Position numbers and translations under genes: made by a program. Below are positions 36,520 through 51,254 of a stretch of 64,000 bases of DNA, in pieces. The notes beneath the pieces were generated by a model. That model made no database searches. It was not told where the DNA came from and saw nothing but the letters and a program-made list of their open reading frames with translations. Numbering within the stretch: the first letter of the stretch is position 1; the number at the start of each line of letters is the position of its first letter. Origin of the DNA: Balanoglossus misakiensis (taxonomy: Eukaryota > Animalia > Hemichordata); assembly GCA_040954595.2 (NCBI GenBank), contig CM082595.2, positions 4,614,137 to 4,678,136 of the forward strand, in the 5' to 3' direction.

Positions 36520-39500
36520 GCCTATATTTCAGGCGTCATCCACCACCTGATTTCTAATGAAAAAGAGACACTTTCACAACTTGCTTCCTACACATTATAG
36601 ACCTGGGGCCGGGGCTACGCGTCCCCCCTTCTCCCAACAAACAGACCAAAACATGCTAATGATATTGCTACATTCTTTTCTGAGCATGTAATAAAACAGA
36701 CACATGGCCGGATGATCACACTTCTCTACTCATCCATCGTGGCACAAACAAAAAAATAATCACTTTCTGTGTTTGTTTTTCGCACTTGTTTTATTGTTAG
36801 CCGTCTGTTCGAATTCCGGTACGAACAGTAATATACTCTTTAGGGAAATGTTTCTCCCATCGGCCACTGATAAACATCAGTTCTTTTCCAAGATCCCGAG
36901 GCTGGTATATGACTCTAAGGTCAAGGGGCTGCCTAACTGATGTATATAGAGGGAGAGAATCTATGGAAGAGCTGTGACAATCGATGGCTTTGTTTTTGTG
37001 TTTTTTTTAAGCGTACACGTGTACCCGTCTTCCGGAGAAAGACAACGTAAAAGGAAACGACAGGTGGACATGATATTTTTGTGCAGAAGGAATCAAAATT
37101 CATTGAAAGAAAACGTCTTTATCGTTTGGTCGAAGAAATAACATCACATAATCTGCAATGAAACCAATTTTTTTTCAGGACTGGATAGATGGCGATTAAT
37201 AAAGTGAGTGAATGCTTTTTCAGATTTGTACAAAGCAGCAAATATCTGACGTTTTGATTTTTTTTTCAAATCGAATTTACAAATCTGTGAATCAGGAGAA
37301 TTTAAGCCACACTAATTTTGAAAAAAAACCCAGAAATAATCAAGAATCATGGGGAAACTAGGTGAGGAAATGGTATCAAGCAGCCATGAGTGAAACTATC
37401 GGCAAAAAACAATTCTCTTTCAGTGTTCACCGTTCACTAGTTTTATTTCCTTTGCACATTTGGACCGCGCTGACATCAAATCAACCTGACAGACAGGGCT
37501 GAAAAGAATCCAGCGGACTGGAGCAGAAACACATAAAACTTCAGCCTCATCACCAAACAGGTTGTGCCGCGTATTGTCCGCGAATAAAAAGCAACACCGA
37601 AAAAAATGCCGACAACCAGGTGGATACATACAGACGCAAAAAAAAAGGACGGAAAGAAAAAAAAGTTTAGCTTTTTGTTGTTGTGACCTGTTGATCTCTG
37701 AGCACACAGGTTTTTTGTCTGCCGCCGTTGTGATAGATGTTTGATGGTCACCCGTTTTAACTCTGGGAGGACACTGACTCTTGCTTTTGCCCCACGGCGG
37801 TCATTACTGCAAGGTATTAAAGCGTGCCACCTGCTCTGGTTGTCATTTTGTGCACAGGTAAACACTTTTTGCTAGCGTATCTGTGATTATAGCAAGCCAC
37901 ATTCTGTTCTTGATGCAAAATCAAAAGTGACAATGAAAAGCTGTCTTGCAAATTTAAAAAGAAATCAGCAATCAATTTTACTTATTTTCCTGACAGAATA
38001 AAAATATATCTTAAATTTATTATGCATGACTTTTAAATCTTTCTCGTGACGCAAGATTTTTGACTCACTTTTCTGTCAAAGAAATAACTTAGTAAACTTT
38101 GCTGCAATCCAACGGATGAGCACAATGAAAAACCGTTTCACAATTTCAATGCTGAAAGGCAGCAAGGTCTACGTTAAATTGTTTGTCTCGGGTTTTTCAG
38201 GGGGTTGCACCTGGCTAAGTTTCACAGACAGTTTTGTTGTGCGAATCACCGTAGTATTATTTATAGCCCTATCTGCATGGCTATTTGTGTGTGTGTGTGT
38301 TCTTTTATTTTTGCGTCTGCCATTAAACTGAGTGACCCTAACAGCAGCTGTGGTAAGTGCTGGCACATGTGTGACTTGCTCGGAGAACAATGGATAAAAC
38401 CTGAGGACACCAAGACAAAAACACTCTAGAGACAAACAAAACAAAAAAGAAAGATGTGGGACTTAAGGTCACCGTCCAGTGACTTTGACTGGCTGGTCTC
38501 TGGCCATTTGTATGAAAATCCGATAATGAAGTCGACAGCAAGCTCATTTATTTTCTGTCCTTTTGTTCTGCAGGCTTTTCGGGGCTTTAGCTGGGAGACA
38601 GCTAATCCCTTTGTGATGCTACGGACCCTTCACGACTGTAATGGTGGGTGCCGTGTTGGTGTTGGATGAGCTAAGTACCTGCAGAATGGAATGTAACATT
38701 TTGTCGCTGGGAGACAACAATGGTGGGATATGGTGGCTTGGTGTAAATGCAAGAGAACAGTCTCCATCTGCATGAATGCATCCACGATGCTCTCCATGCA
38801 TAACAGCATATACGCACACCAGAAAACAACATTTCTACGTGTACTTGAAAAATCATTAAATTAAATGCAATATGTCCAAAATGGATATCACAATGTACTT
38901 ATTCATTACTATGGTGACTAGTCTACCATTTGTTGAAGCACTTGATCATGAAAGAGGGAAAAAACATGAAAACAAGACATTGATACTTAAACCACAGCGT
39001 GTAAACGCATAAACTTCTGATTTTTATACCATTCATTAGCACAATCAAAACCACAGCAAGGGCAGTTTAGGAATTTGCTCATATGTCCAAGGGAAATATA
39101 TTTCGTGCATTGTCGAGTTTTCCGGGACATTTCTCACAGACGCGACTTCGTGCAAGTTTTGGGGGATTTCATTGCAACCACGAAACGTTTTTAAATCAAC
39201 ATGCTGCTTGAACTCCCCTACCGTGGTAACAGTCTTGGGAGAATCTATCTTCCGGTGTTTGTCCCAATCTGCCTGGGAAAATCCTCACTGTGCGAGGACA
39301 CAGTACCATTGACACCTTCGACATTGACAATCTTGTCAGGGGGACTGACCCGAGACATTGAAGTATTGTTGGCTTCAAGACAATGCTTTTGATTTGTGTA
39401 TAAACGGGAGAAGCGTGCATGACCACATTTAATAACAACATCATTCTCTTCGAACATTGAGAGATTGAGAAAAACTCAGTCTTTGCATCTTGGCTTTTGA

Positions 39501-42500
39501 CAGACAGACAATCAGACAGACAGATAGACTGCAGCCAAGTTTGTATGCAGTGATGATAAGCTACGTTTCTAAAAAAAATCAATAGACACAGCATTTAAAC
39601 ATGTGAACACAACAGGTGTTAACTCTTTGTGATCATTCCATTACACTCTTCCATAATCTGCTGCCCAGAAATCTGTAACTTCTTTCCATTATTTTAAATT
39701 CCTTCCTTGATATCTATTCAACACTAGCATGTTTTTTCGTTCAGTGTCTTTTAACGCATTTATTATACTACTTTTCTGGCCGTCAGAAAGATACACTGAC
39801 TGAACCTTTGAAATCTCTGGCCAGGCACTGTGTATACAGCTCAGTGGGATTTACCGCCAATGTCAAAGCTAAGCTGGCCATGTTCCCACCCAGATTTGTG
39901 ATTCCCAACAAAGCTTGTCCATCTGCTAAAACGCTAATCTTTTCCCAGGTAATTCACACCTTCGGTTTGTGAGTGACTTTCTCCGGGAGATTGAGAGAAA
40001 AAAGACAAAAGGCGACCATCAAAGAATATGCAACACTGGAAAACCAGTTGCCCATGAATGTCGATAATTATTGCATCTTCATAAGTACATAGTGAAAGTG
40101 AAAATCCCCTTTATCTTTTTATCAGGCATGATTTGCCTTAATGCTGGAATTCTGAAAAACGACTAAATGGAAACTGAAACAATACCAGACAGGGCTACTC
40201 TGAAATGTGTCACACAAACTCAGGGTCTATGGTTCTGCAGACACCTTTATAAACAGAAGAAATCATATCATTGGGGTTACGTTCAGTCAGCAACACAACC
40301 TACAGCTGATACTGATAGAAATGAGTATATTTGTTCACAAAGTTTAAACGGATATGTTTGAAGTTGGTCTGTCTGAATTTTAGATTTTACCCACTGGTGG
40401 AATGGAATACTCAACTGGTTAATCACAGTGTAGGAATTTTTCAATTTTCCGAAATCAGAGCAGACAGAAGTCTGCAAGATGTGGAAAATTCGGGCAATAC
40501 TCGATCAATCATTCCAGACTTTGTCATCTGTCTATTTTCCCCACTTAGATAGAGACACTTTTAAAGAGAATCTTAATCCAAAATCGCACCAAAATATTTT
40601 GGTTTTTTTCCACCGAAAACAAACTAGTCCAAAAACAATAGCTGGAAATTACGATTCAATCTCTCTTTCAGAAAGATAAAACACCTGTCACTGAGACAAA
40701 ATCTTTCAAACACATCATTATCTGTGCGAGTTTAGTTGCAAGCAAAAAGACAAAGGTGGAATAAATGCACACATCAGGGAAATAAAGGAAAAATCCCGGG
40801 AAAATGACTTAGGGTAAAGAAGGGTCTGGTATTAACCGCTAAAAACAAAAGAAGACTGATGAGTTTTGGGGATTTGTATTTAGAGTGACTCACACCACGT
40901 CCCAGGCAGGGGTCTGATTCTCTCGGTATCATCACAAAGTCAGGATCTCTCTGAGACCGTCAACACAATAAGTGGGGGAATTCAAACGCAAACACCGACA
41001 AAAAGTAACAAATTTGCCTTTGATGTCCCCCTCTTAGGGGTTTCCCCATATTGTCCGCAGGAGTGTTTGGTGATCGCAGTGTGTCGCACACCAGCAAGTT
41101 CATTAGCACCCGATTCAGACATCTTCACACATACTGAACGAGTCTTGGCGAGTACTTGTGGTCCGATGAGGTCCTCTTGGACTGAAAAGACTTGGCCACA
41201 GAGAGAAATAACTATCACCCACTCAGGCCATCCACTCCGAGGCAATCTCAGAGCTTTTCAAAGCTGAAGAGCAACAGCCCTTGACAAATGAACACACACT
41301 CTCAGATCTGAAGGGTGTTTCATGTACGTGTTGTATATCACTAAATGCCAAGTTCAAGATTGGAGTAGATCAGTGGTTGCTTGCACTGTTTAAAAAAAAA
41401 CAGGCTTGAAATAAACATTTTACCTTCAAGTTCGCAGTCAGCTGTGACAACCACAATTAAACATCGGTAGTCACCATACTTGGTAGTCCGAATTTCTTTG
41501 AAAATAATAAAATACATTCTTGTGAAATCAAAGAAGTTCAGTGTATTTTTTTCAGCAACATGTATGTTTGCAGCCTCTCAGTAACACAGCATTGACACTT
41601 GCCAGTGCAATTTTCTGCCTTTTCAATAGAACAGCTGAGATGGCTGCACCTATACTGGTAGTCAGAGGTGACTACCAGTAGACAATCTACTGATATGAAA
41701 GTTCCATCTTGGCTCATATAAGTTCAAAATGCCTTTTCAGTGATAAACGTACAAGCCACAGTGCATTCTGCCAAAATATTGATATCTAACGATTTTTTTC
41801 AGCCAAATGTCTTGTCGAGCTCAAGACTTTTTCCAGACTTTTCCGGGGGTTGTAAACCACGAAGGCATTATTCCGGTTGTCACGTTTCTCCTTGGGACGC
41901 TTTCTTCCCGGCTTAAGCTGTCCTCACTGGGCCAAAAAGGAGTAACCATCACACAGCAACGACATAAGCTCCTTACAACTCATTACTCTCAACAGAATCC
42001 GAAAATTCTAGGTGCCAATGATGTGCATTGTGCTGACAAAAATACAACGACAATTAAATTTCGGGGGTAGTAAGGAACCGAACGAGATTAAACTGCAAAG
42101 ACGTACACGTCTGAAAACATCGCTGCATTGAAATTACTCAATATATCTTTAAGTTGCTCAACTCAAGGGCAGCGTCATTGCGGTTGGAATAGATGTTCAG
42201 GATAAGTAGACAAATCGTGTTTTTTTTTTAAACAAAGTTTTTTTTTTTATGTTGCGATTGCTCAAATAAGTCTGGTGTCTTGGCGCCTTTTTGTGTGGAA
42301 GATGGGAACTTTAAAAAAAGAGTAAAAAAATGCATTTTATATTGTCTAGGAGCTGCATGTACACTGGCTACCAACTTTTTGGATGAAGTCTGAAGAAATC
42401 TGTGCCCGACTCTTTCCCTCGCATCTGTGATATGTAACTAGAGAAAATAACAGACAGGAATGCAAGAATATGGATCAAAGTTCGTTTCGAAAATAACTCT

Positions 42501-43289
42501 CTCTTCACTAACCCAGCTGAGTAGCAAGAGTGATGCCGAACACCGGGGTTACCACAAAAGCATCGGTACGACCGAACTCCACTGATTGCCCGAGAGGTAG
42601 TCACCCTCAGTTGCATTTTTGCCTAACTCTGATTGGTCCCAGCTCCCAGGGGCCTACACGATATCCAGGGCAGCTCTAAATCCGATGAATATGCTAATTA
42701 GTCCTTCACTGCTACCCATCAGGGGTGTCCGGCAAAACGACACTTTATGCAAAGAGTTGCACAGTGGTTGATATTCACTGATTTAATAATTGGAGATCAA
42801 AGTTTTTCTCTTCATTAATGGTGAAATTCTCTTGCTGAAACGATAGTGTAATCATTTTTCAGAGTGGACCAATTCTACGTGATGGCTGCAGGTGTCGCGC
42901 TAATACACACAGTGTGTGATCCCTGCCCTGCATGTAGCCATAGTATACTGCCGCAATGAAGAAAGCAAGAAAACTCCCCCATTGAGAATTTCTTCCTGTG
43001 ATTTTCAGAAACAATGTCTTCATTTTGTGAAAAAGACCGATGAACAAGAGTGATCACAGCATCGCCATTGACCAAAAGTACACTGTTAGTTTGGAACCAA
43101 ACATGTTTGTATGTCACTGTTAGTGTTAGGTAGTTTGGCAGCATAGGCACAAACTTGCCTGTTCTGTGATATTGTAATTACTCACATTCTTTTTTTCCTA
43201 TTTTTCTGAATTTTCCGGTTTACAATATACCATGTCACTAGATCCATTTCTGTCTCACAAACATTTTCCCCATCAGCTTGCTAGAACTC

Positions 43290-43354
43290 CCTCTCTCCTC
43301 TCTCTCCCCCTCCCCTCGTTCTCTCTCTCTCTCACTCTCTCTCTCTCTCTCTCT
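43290..43354. repeat. (CT)n-rich simple repeat
   Basis: Directly visible. Confidence 0.85.
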
Positions 43355-45300
43355 CACCACTCAACCATTTTCCCCTCATCACCAGTTTCAGATCCCCCCT
43401 CCCCTCACAACGCGGCATATGGCAGAGGAGTGTCCCAAACCGAAACAGGTCCCGGCCACAAAAACAGCCATTGAGTATACACCCGCTCCCAAACAAACAG
43501 CCCTAGATTGCCGAAATCTCCCCACAACAATAACACCAATGATTGGGGCAATATTGGCTCCATACATCACCTGTTTGCAGCTTCTCTCAGAGCTTGTTAG
43601 AGAAGACAGCCCACCAGGTTGTATCCTGGCATCTTTGACAATGCCAGCATGCAGTTCCCTTTTGACTCCAGGTGTCCATCTGAATTAGCCCTCCATTGTA
43701 GCCACAAAACCCCCAAATTAGTTGAAATTACACCATTATCTGTTTTGAAGGCCCACTTATATTGTAGTTGACAGTGTGTGTTCTGGCGTGCTGGGAGGCC
43801 AGGTTCTGCATGATACCCACATGAATTCAATCTGTATTGTTCAGGTACAGAAGACAATTTTTTCATCCAGCGTGCCCCCATTCATACCACTTGAGAATGT
43901 CCGAATCAAAGGTACAAGTTTTCCTCTTTTGTGTTTTTGCTATTCCATGCGATGCATGCAGTTAGGGGCCCTCCTTTCAAACACACTCCCAACAGCAGGA
44001 CCTTAAATTAACCTCATATGGGGCGATGCTGAATTTCGCAAGTCTAAGAATTTTTTGTCCTTGCCAGCGTGTAATAGCTAATTTTTGCATCAATTAATTC
44101 ACTTCACCACTGGGTGAGTGAAAGGAGCCGAGATCAGCGAGCAGGCAGGATGCAGGAAAATCTGGATACATCTTTGTCAGTTTAAAAGATTTCTGGAGAC
44201 ACATGCGAGCTTATTAACTGGTGGGAAGTCAGACTTCCTATAGTGGTGGAAGGCTAGAGGAAATGACATCTTGTGTGTGTATGACGCAAATAAAAAAAGC
44301 CAAGGGCAAGCGGGATCTGCAGTGTTTCAAACTTTACAGACAAAATAAACCCCTGCAAAGTCAAACTGCTGCTACTGAATTGTGACAAACTTGCCTACGA
44401 ACTGGAGAATGTTTTTGTTTGACGTTATATGGTAACAACAACGTTCTTGGATATGTATGAATTAAAGTACAAAATCACTTCAAAATTGTTGTATCTTTTC
44501 ATCAAAGGTTTGTTTTTTGCAGATATTTCTTTTCCATCTGTGTCAGAGAAGTTTTTTTTTATCTGCAGAGGAACCAGGAACTGACCACATCTATGTTAGA
44601 ATTGTATTAATAGTACAAAGGTAACAGAGTTCCTATTCAAATGTATAGAAAAACGACTTGACCAAAAATATACAATTTACAACATTGTCAGTAAGAATCA
44701 CCAGAAAGCAACTTTCTAAGTCTCTCACAGTTTTTGAAACTTTCTAAAAATCGATGAAATTCACCAAACGGAAGTTTTAACAGAAGCCTGTGAAGGTTTT
44801 CCATTTTCTTTCACCAAAATTCACAGCAAGATACACAGTTTTCTTTATTAACATTTAAACCAATTATTTTAGTGTCTATTAGGTTCATTAATGCCTCTAC
44901 ATTTTTTTCCTGGTGAAAACTCTGCATAGATACAACAGGTGTGAGGGCCTGTGGTCTTCATTACACAGCAGGCCACAGTGGATTTCAATGCCATCAAAGA
45001 TGGTGCTCCACTGCTGTGTGCCAGCACCCCTGCCAACAACAACGGCAAGTCCCGACGTTACAAACATGTTTTTGTTTCTGGGCTCGCGAAATGTCGCAAT
45101 TGTGGTTTCTGAAACCGTGGGGGAAGATACAGATCGGTGTTGCGGTTTATAGTTTCTTGGCTGTCACTTGTAGACGTCACTCTTCAATGTTCAAATGACA
45201 CATCCATTATTAGTGTTCCCGATATTCTATTAACAGCACGCAATCTCAAGAATGACGTTTTTTTGGCCGGACAAGCTATCATAAAAGTTTTCAAAGGATA

Positions 45301-45358
45301 CTGTAAAACTGGTTATTTCTACGAGCAATAAATTTCGTGAGATACATGAGAGCCAAAA
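45301..45358 (+). mobile_element. Decayed left end of MITE family A
   Basis: ta CTGTAAAAC..CGAGCAATAAATTTCGTGA..GAGAGCCAAAA aligns with the start of copy 1, with CpG decay. Confidence 0.65.
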
Positions 45359-47725
45359 AACAACACGTTATTTTCAAAATGACTTCCCACACACCTTTAA
45401 GATCCAAAGAATTGAAATGTTCGGAGGACTATTATTTTCTGAAAATGTGTCCCTTGGTTGCATAGTACCTTAAACACAGGTACACACCAGGCTGATCTCA
45501 CAGACCGGTGTAAATTCTTCCGGAACTGTTCAAATATGCAAAGAGGAAGTGCAGGGGACCCAAGGACAGACTGTTAAGATTGTTTGGATTGCTGTCTCAC
45601 CCTCACAGCCACTTTAATACGACAGCGTGCATTCATCTCATGTTTCCAACATGATTGGAAGAAACACTTGCACTTTTTGCTTGTTTTCCATTATCCCGAC
45701 CCGCTACATTCCATTGTGAGCAAACTTCCGAGGTCATGGAAAACAAACGGGGAAGACAGAAAACAACTTTGTTTTGGAACCCGAGACTTAGTCTCTGCGG
45801 TCCGAAAATATTTTTTCTAGGAATTATGGTGCAGTGGCTGTACTGCTCCTGAATGTGCAGCTTTATGGAAAAGGTCTGAGCAAATACTCATTATCATGGG
45901 GTGATTCAACTCCATCAGTACCAGGATGAAAAATCTAACACTTCCACCGAAAATACACTCAAAATTCCAGTACTTTCCAGCTTCCCCCATGATTTTCTAC
46001 AAGTTTTCCGAGATAACAGCTATTTTCAAGGCAAATGTTTTTCATGATCACCAACACACTACGACAGCACATAATCCATTTCCCGGGATTTTCCAGAAGT
46101 ATTAAAGTTTGAGTTTTCGAGAACTTTGTGGAAGTGCTTCAAATTACTTGTAGCTCATCCGCATACCTTTCTGGTCCAGTGATGTTGAAAGACCAGAAAC
46201 GAGAAGTCAGTCACTTCTCTTAAACACTCATTACAATTTAATTCTCGGTGCTGATACGAAGCATGAGAGCTTTTAGAAAAGTACATTAACTACAAGCAGT
46301 GTCTGCTGTAGAACAAAAGACATCCAACGATAACTTGCATGTTTCTCCTTTGTTTGCGATAACTGATGCAGCTGAAATCTGTCTGGGTTTGTGTCTTTGC
46401 CAATTAAAACTACACCTGATCACTAGAAAAAACAAGTCGCTTTAAAGAAACAACTTAAGATATGTCTGATCCTCTAAGCACAGCTAAAGACAATAAGACA
46501 GCGCCCATCTCAAAACGTGTGGTAATGATCACTGTCTCAGTGCATATATTGCTCTTCATTGTGGTTCTTAGAAAGGCGAAAAAATAATTCCACTTTACAT
46601 TGAGGCACACAAAGCCAAGAGCTGACCTGGAAAATTGGATCTGAAGGCGTTCTTGTTATTTTTGTGTTGGCTTTTGTAAGTATAATGTGTTTATTGAACA
46701 TTATTTGCAGGTCTTGAAAATTAGATTCTATTAAAGATCCCTTAACCTGGGCATGTCCGGAGTGACTGAGAAAGGTAGGAGACTGCAGACTGCAGATTTT
46801 CCCTTTACTACACCCCCTCTTTCAATCTGCCAAATTGGAAATTCAACAGCCTGCAAGGGCTTTCTGTAACACTCAATCAAAACAGTACCAGGCGATCCAC
46901 GCGCCAAACATTCAATGCATTCAACAGGTCGATCGATCGACCTTCGTGGCTAATCATCCCCTCATCTTTCTTCCGCATCTTGGCAAATATTTGCTCAGTT
47001 GCTCAACTTTTCCGGTGGTGGAGGTGTCCTTCGCTCCAGGTGTATCTTTCATCTCCGGTGTGGCAAAAGATTGGACCGTACAACCCTGCCAGGGCTGCTG
47101 TACATTAATGTGCCAAGCCAATCAGTTACTATAACAACCAGTGTGATGTTCCCCGCACTTCTTCTTTTGCATATTTGAACAGTTTCGGAAGAATTTACAG
47201 CAGTCTGTGATGTGCACGACAGAGCCATAACTGCAAGCCATTTGCAAATTGCTATGCAGAATTCCAACTTGGCGTAATTGCCTTTTTGATTTGAAATCCA
47301 TGCATGAAAATACAAGCTTTTCAATTGGATGCTACACCTTGTTAAATAAACTGAAAGGAAGCTTTGTCGGTTGCTAATTATTCACATGACTTTAAAATGT
47401 GCTTAGTTTAGCTTTAAACATTGTTTTCTTGACGTTTTTCAATCTGTCTGGTATCTAGAAGACAGAGCCCCATGTCTGCTTCTGTTTGGTTTAACAGGAA
47501 TGGAATTTCAGCTTTTGTCAAATATATATTTCCTATTCTGAGCATGTGAGCTGGTAGTCTTTTGACTTTTAAAACACCAGAGATTTCCAGTATGGTTATG
47601 AAATTGGCCGGCATCATTTTGCCCAGGTTGGCAACTTTGGCCAATAGACCAAACTACCTGATATCTTCAGCCTGAAACCATAGACCCTTGAGTCTATGCT
47701 GTAACTAATAGCCCACCACATCAGT

Positions 47726-47840
47726 ATGTGTGTGTGTGTGTGTATGTATCAGTCTTTGTGTATGTGTGTGTCTTTATGTATGTTTGTGTGTCTGTGTGTA
47801 TGTTGGTCTGTGTGTGTCTCAGTGAGTGAGTGTATGTGTG
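47726..47840. repeat. Degenerate (TG)n repeat
   Basis: Directly visible. Confidence 0.85.
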
Positions 47841-48819
47841 TACACTGCATCTGCTTATGTCAGCCCCATCATTTCTACCCCAGAGTAGCAAGATCCATGC
47901 TTAATTATAAAGAATGCATTCACGATGACACAAATTTAACATGATACAGTATCGCACCTGCAAATTCCACCCATTGCAGACTTTAAAAAAAAATCCATGC
48001 CATTGTCAAAATTTTAATTGCTTCCAAAGAGTTAGTTCGTTCACACATTTTTTTCTTCTGAGCTATTTAACACCTCAAGCCTGAAATTGATTTTTGCGAG
48101 TCTCTCGGATGTATAGAAGAGTCGCTTCAGTGTTCTGCTTCATAGTGTAGAGTTTTCCGATACAAAGACAAAAATTTACGGACAAAAGGGAGATTGCCGT
48201 CAAATTGGGGTGAATTCGTCCACTATTAGTCCATCACCTGTGCGTTCCCATGCTCGGCACAAAGCACGTAATCAATCAATCAATACTGGAAATATGCAGA
48301 TAATGATTTCTGCCGGAGGGACTTGCAGTCTCAGAAATCGTCACATGGACACACTGCATACCACAGAAGATGGTGAGGAATTTTTGGCTTTGCTCTGCAG
48401 GGAACCCTGGTGCATAGACTGTTGGTTCTGATGCATGAAATTGTCATGTACTTTGAGATGTGGAGAGGCTTCCAACACTGCACTTTACGATGAATCTCAC
48501 ATGTTATTAAATATGCAAACATTTCATACAGAGCACAGATTTTCAAATGCTGTCTGCCAACAGCTACCCTGAGTAATTTATATTGCTGCTGAAAACTTCC
48601 ATCAAAATTCTCAAATGCATCAGTCCATCTGCACAGATTGGCTTTCAACTGGACAAGCCAGGCAATTGCTCACTGTGACTGGGTGAACTGCCAAAACATG
48701 CTCAGTTCAGAACCACCAGGTTTAATCAGAACACAGGGGGCATTGAATAGCTGCCTGTTCAATGAACAACCAAACGACATACACCTGAAAAGCCACCATC
48801 AGGCAGGAGTGACTGAAGG

Positions 48820-49012
48820 CCAATCTGATTAAAATCAGATGTAGGGAACGGCGACATTGTTTTTTTTATGCTGTCGCCTCACACTACTGGCCCAGTAAAT
48901 CCCGTAGATTTCAACGGGAGCTCCAGTGGGAGTTGGTCAGATGTAGTGTAGGGGACCGCATAAAAAACAACAACACGTCACCGTTCCCTACATCTGATTT
49001 TAATCAGATTGG
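48820..49012. mobile_element. About 193-bp foldback MITE with long TIRs and 8- or 10-bp TSD
   Basis: CCAATCTGATTAAAATCAGATGTAGGGAACGG..CCGTTCCCTACATCTGATTTTAATCAGATTGG. ACTGAAGG on both flanks (GACTGAAGGC if the ends are taken 1 nt inward). Confidence 0.9.
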
Positions 49013-49670
49013 ACTGAAGGCTTGCTGGTGTAAGACCTTGTATAAATGTAGAAACCATGTGTGGTCCCTTCCTTGCCTCCAATCAATGCATCAGCTATTT
49101 GTGTTTGTAATTAACAAGATATGTGGCACCCATTCCACTGATGGATGGCACATGTCCGACAACCCGCCTGGACTGAGGTCCGTGCACACACAGGAGAATC
49201 TTAAATTACCGGTGATGAGATCAACCAGGTACGGTAGCTAGAAATGGGAGGGGCCCATGGAATTGATTGATGGAGAAGTGTCTTTTCATATATTCAAATG
49301 ATGACAGAACTTAAGCTCCACCCCTCTTGGATGGGGGGGGGGGGGTTGCTACAATGCAATGTGGGTAATCTCACAACCAAGGACGGAATAGCAGGGTGCA
49401 CTGTGGGTAATCAAAACAGCCAGGCATTAGCCAATGAATATAATGAGCATCGTTACAGCTAGCTCTGTAGGTCCTTTCACGCCTTGACTAACTCTGCTAG
49501 TAATCTTGTACGGCATGGAGTGGGAGAGAAATTCGACTTCTTTCCTCTTTCGCTTACTCCTCACAGTTTTGTCCTCTTCAACTCTCTCCCTCCCCCTCTT
49601 TCTATCATAGGTATCCAGATCATCAAACTCAAGTCCAGCCTGGCACCTTCCTCACACTAACCACTCTTAA

Positions 49671-49755
49671 CCCTCCCCCCCCCCCATTTCCATGTAGAGA
49701 GGTCCAACTTTACCAGAAAAACAATGGATTCAGACCAAACGATGGTGTTGAAGGG
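49671..49755 (-). mobile_element. About 85-bp TTAA MITE, copy 2
   Basis: ttaa CCCT..AGGG ttaa with both TTAA intact. Interior matches the 36435 copy inverted. Confidence 0.8.
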
Positions 49756-51254
49756 TTAAACTCCCAGACACTGGGTCTACACCTAAACTGAAAATGTCAC
49801 TCCACATGCTATGACATTAGTCAGCTCTCTTCTGTATTCTGGAAAAATTCTAAAATCGACCAAGCGCCCCGAAAGACAGATTTATAATGCACAGGTGTAG
49901 ATTTGTGATCTTTACATTAATTTATCCCCCCTACGTTTTGACCTAACATGATTTGAATGCAAATAAGACAGATTCGTTGTTCATTTGTAGAAATTGATGA
50001 CGTAACAAATCTGATCAGTAAAATCCACTGTATTTACATAATTTATACAGGTGTCTTGAGTTTTGAAGTATTTGCGACTTTTTACGATGAAACGACTTGA
50101 TTCAAGTTAGCCATACAGAAGAAAACAACACCACATAAAATCTTCGGTGAATTTAATTCGACACCAAACATCACCACCAGTTCACAGATGGGAGAAGATC
50201 TAAATGGCGTGACTTTAATGAGGCATCAATGAATTAGAGACCCACTTCAGATTCTCAGCCAAAGTTTACAGTTCCCATAAACTAATTACATTCAAACAAT
50301 ACAGCCACTAGTGACTACCCACTCTAAAAATGTCAATGTATGCGCAGTCACGTTCTCCCATATGGACTGAATTTGTCGCCAAAAAATGACTGGTTACGTC
50401 ATTTTTCTAGTTGTATAAGAAAAGAAACGGAAAGTCTTGAAGTGCCCATCCCATAATTGTTATTTTTAACCACTACTCGTGGATTGCATACACATGATAC
50501 TAGGTCCATAGCGTCACTTTTAATTATTTGCCTTAATTGCGCTCATTACAGCATCAGCTGCCCATTAACACTGATGCCGTCCTGCTCCTCAAACACAATG
50601 CAAACCCATGCAATTTGCACAAACCCTCAATCGGCAATTGTTTTCCACAGAAGTTAAACGGAAGTCGTTCAGCGCTTGACTGGTCTTGAAGTGGCGAGAA
50701 TAGCCACCTCTTTGAGGAGTCAAACCTCCCCCGGGGGATTCCCCTCCCCTAGGGGGAACAAGACATCAAGGTTGCCTGATTCTTCTTAGTGCGCTCACTT
50801 GCAGTTTTCTGTGATTTGTTTTTCCGGTGCTTAGGTGTAACCATGACAACTAGGACTTAGGGAAAGCAGGTCGCTATGAAACACTTCCTCATGGCAATGC
50901 AATGCACCCATTGCGAAGCTCTTATATTGCCAACGAAACAGGAATAGAACATCTGGAGAAGAGGAAGGGGGGGGGGGGTCTTCAAAAGCCTCTGCACAGG
51001 TTTCAAGCCTCCTTTGACGAACACACACAGCAGATATTCAACGACACATAGATGTCACACTTTCTGATTTAACTCCACACAGACATCTGCACAAGTCGGC
51101 CTTGAGACACACAGCTCCTAGAGAAACTGACTTGACAGAGATTAGAGCAGCTCCCTGTTATTCAAATCAAAGCAATAACAATCCCTGCACCCGGTGATCT
51201 TTTCTGCTCTCACGTTTCTCACGGAGACTGGAGCTGGGCGTACCTGGCTCCTAA

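Noticed and set aside
46140-46200. Possible penultimate Opa1 exon (ITG..ADEL before GTAATT on -)
   Set aside because: Residues and intron phase do not fit LLTG.RV.LAE.L and upstream sequence shows no similarity.
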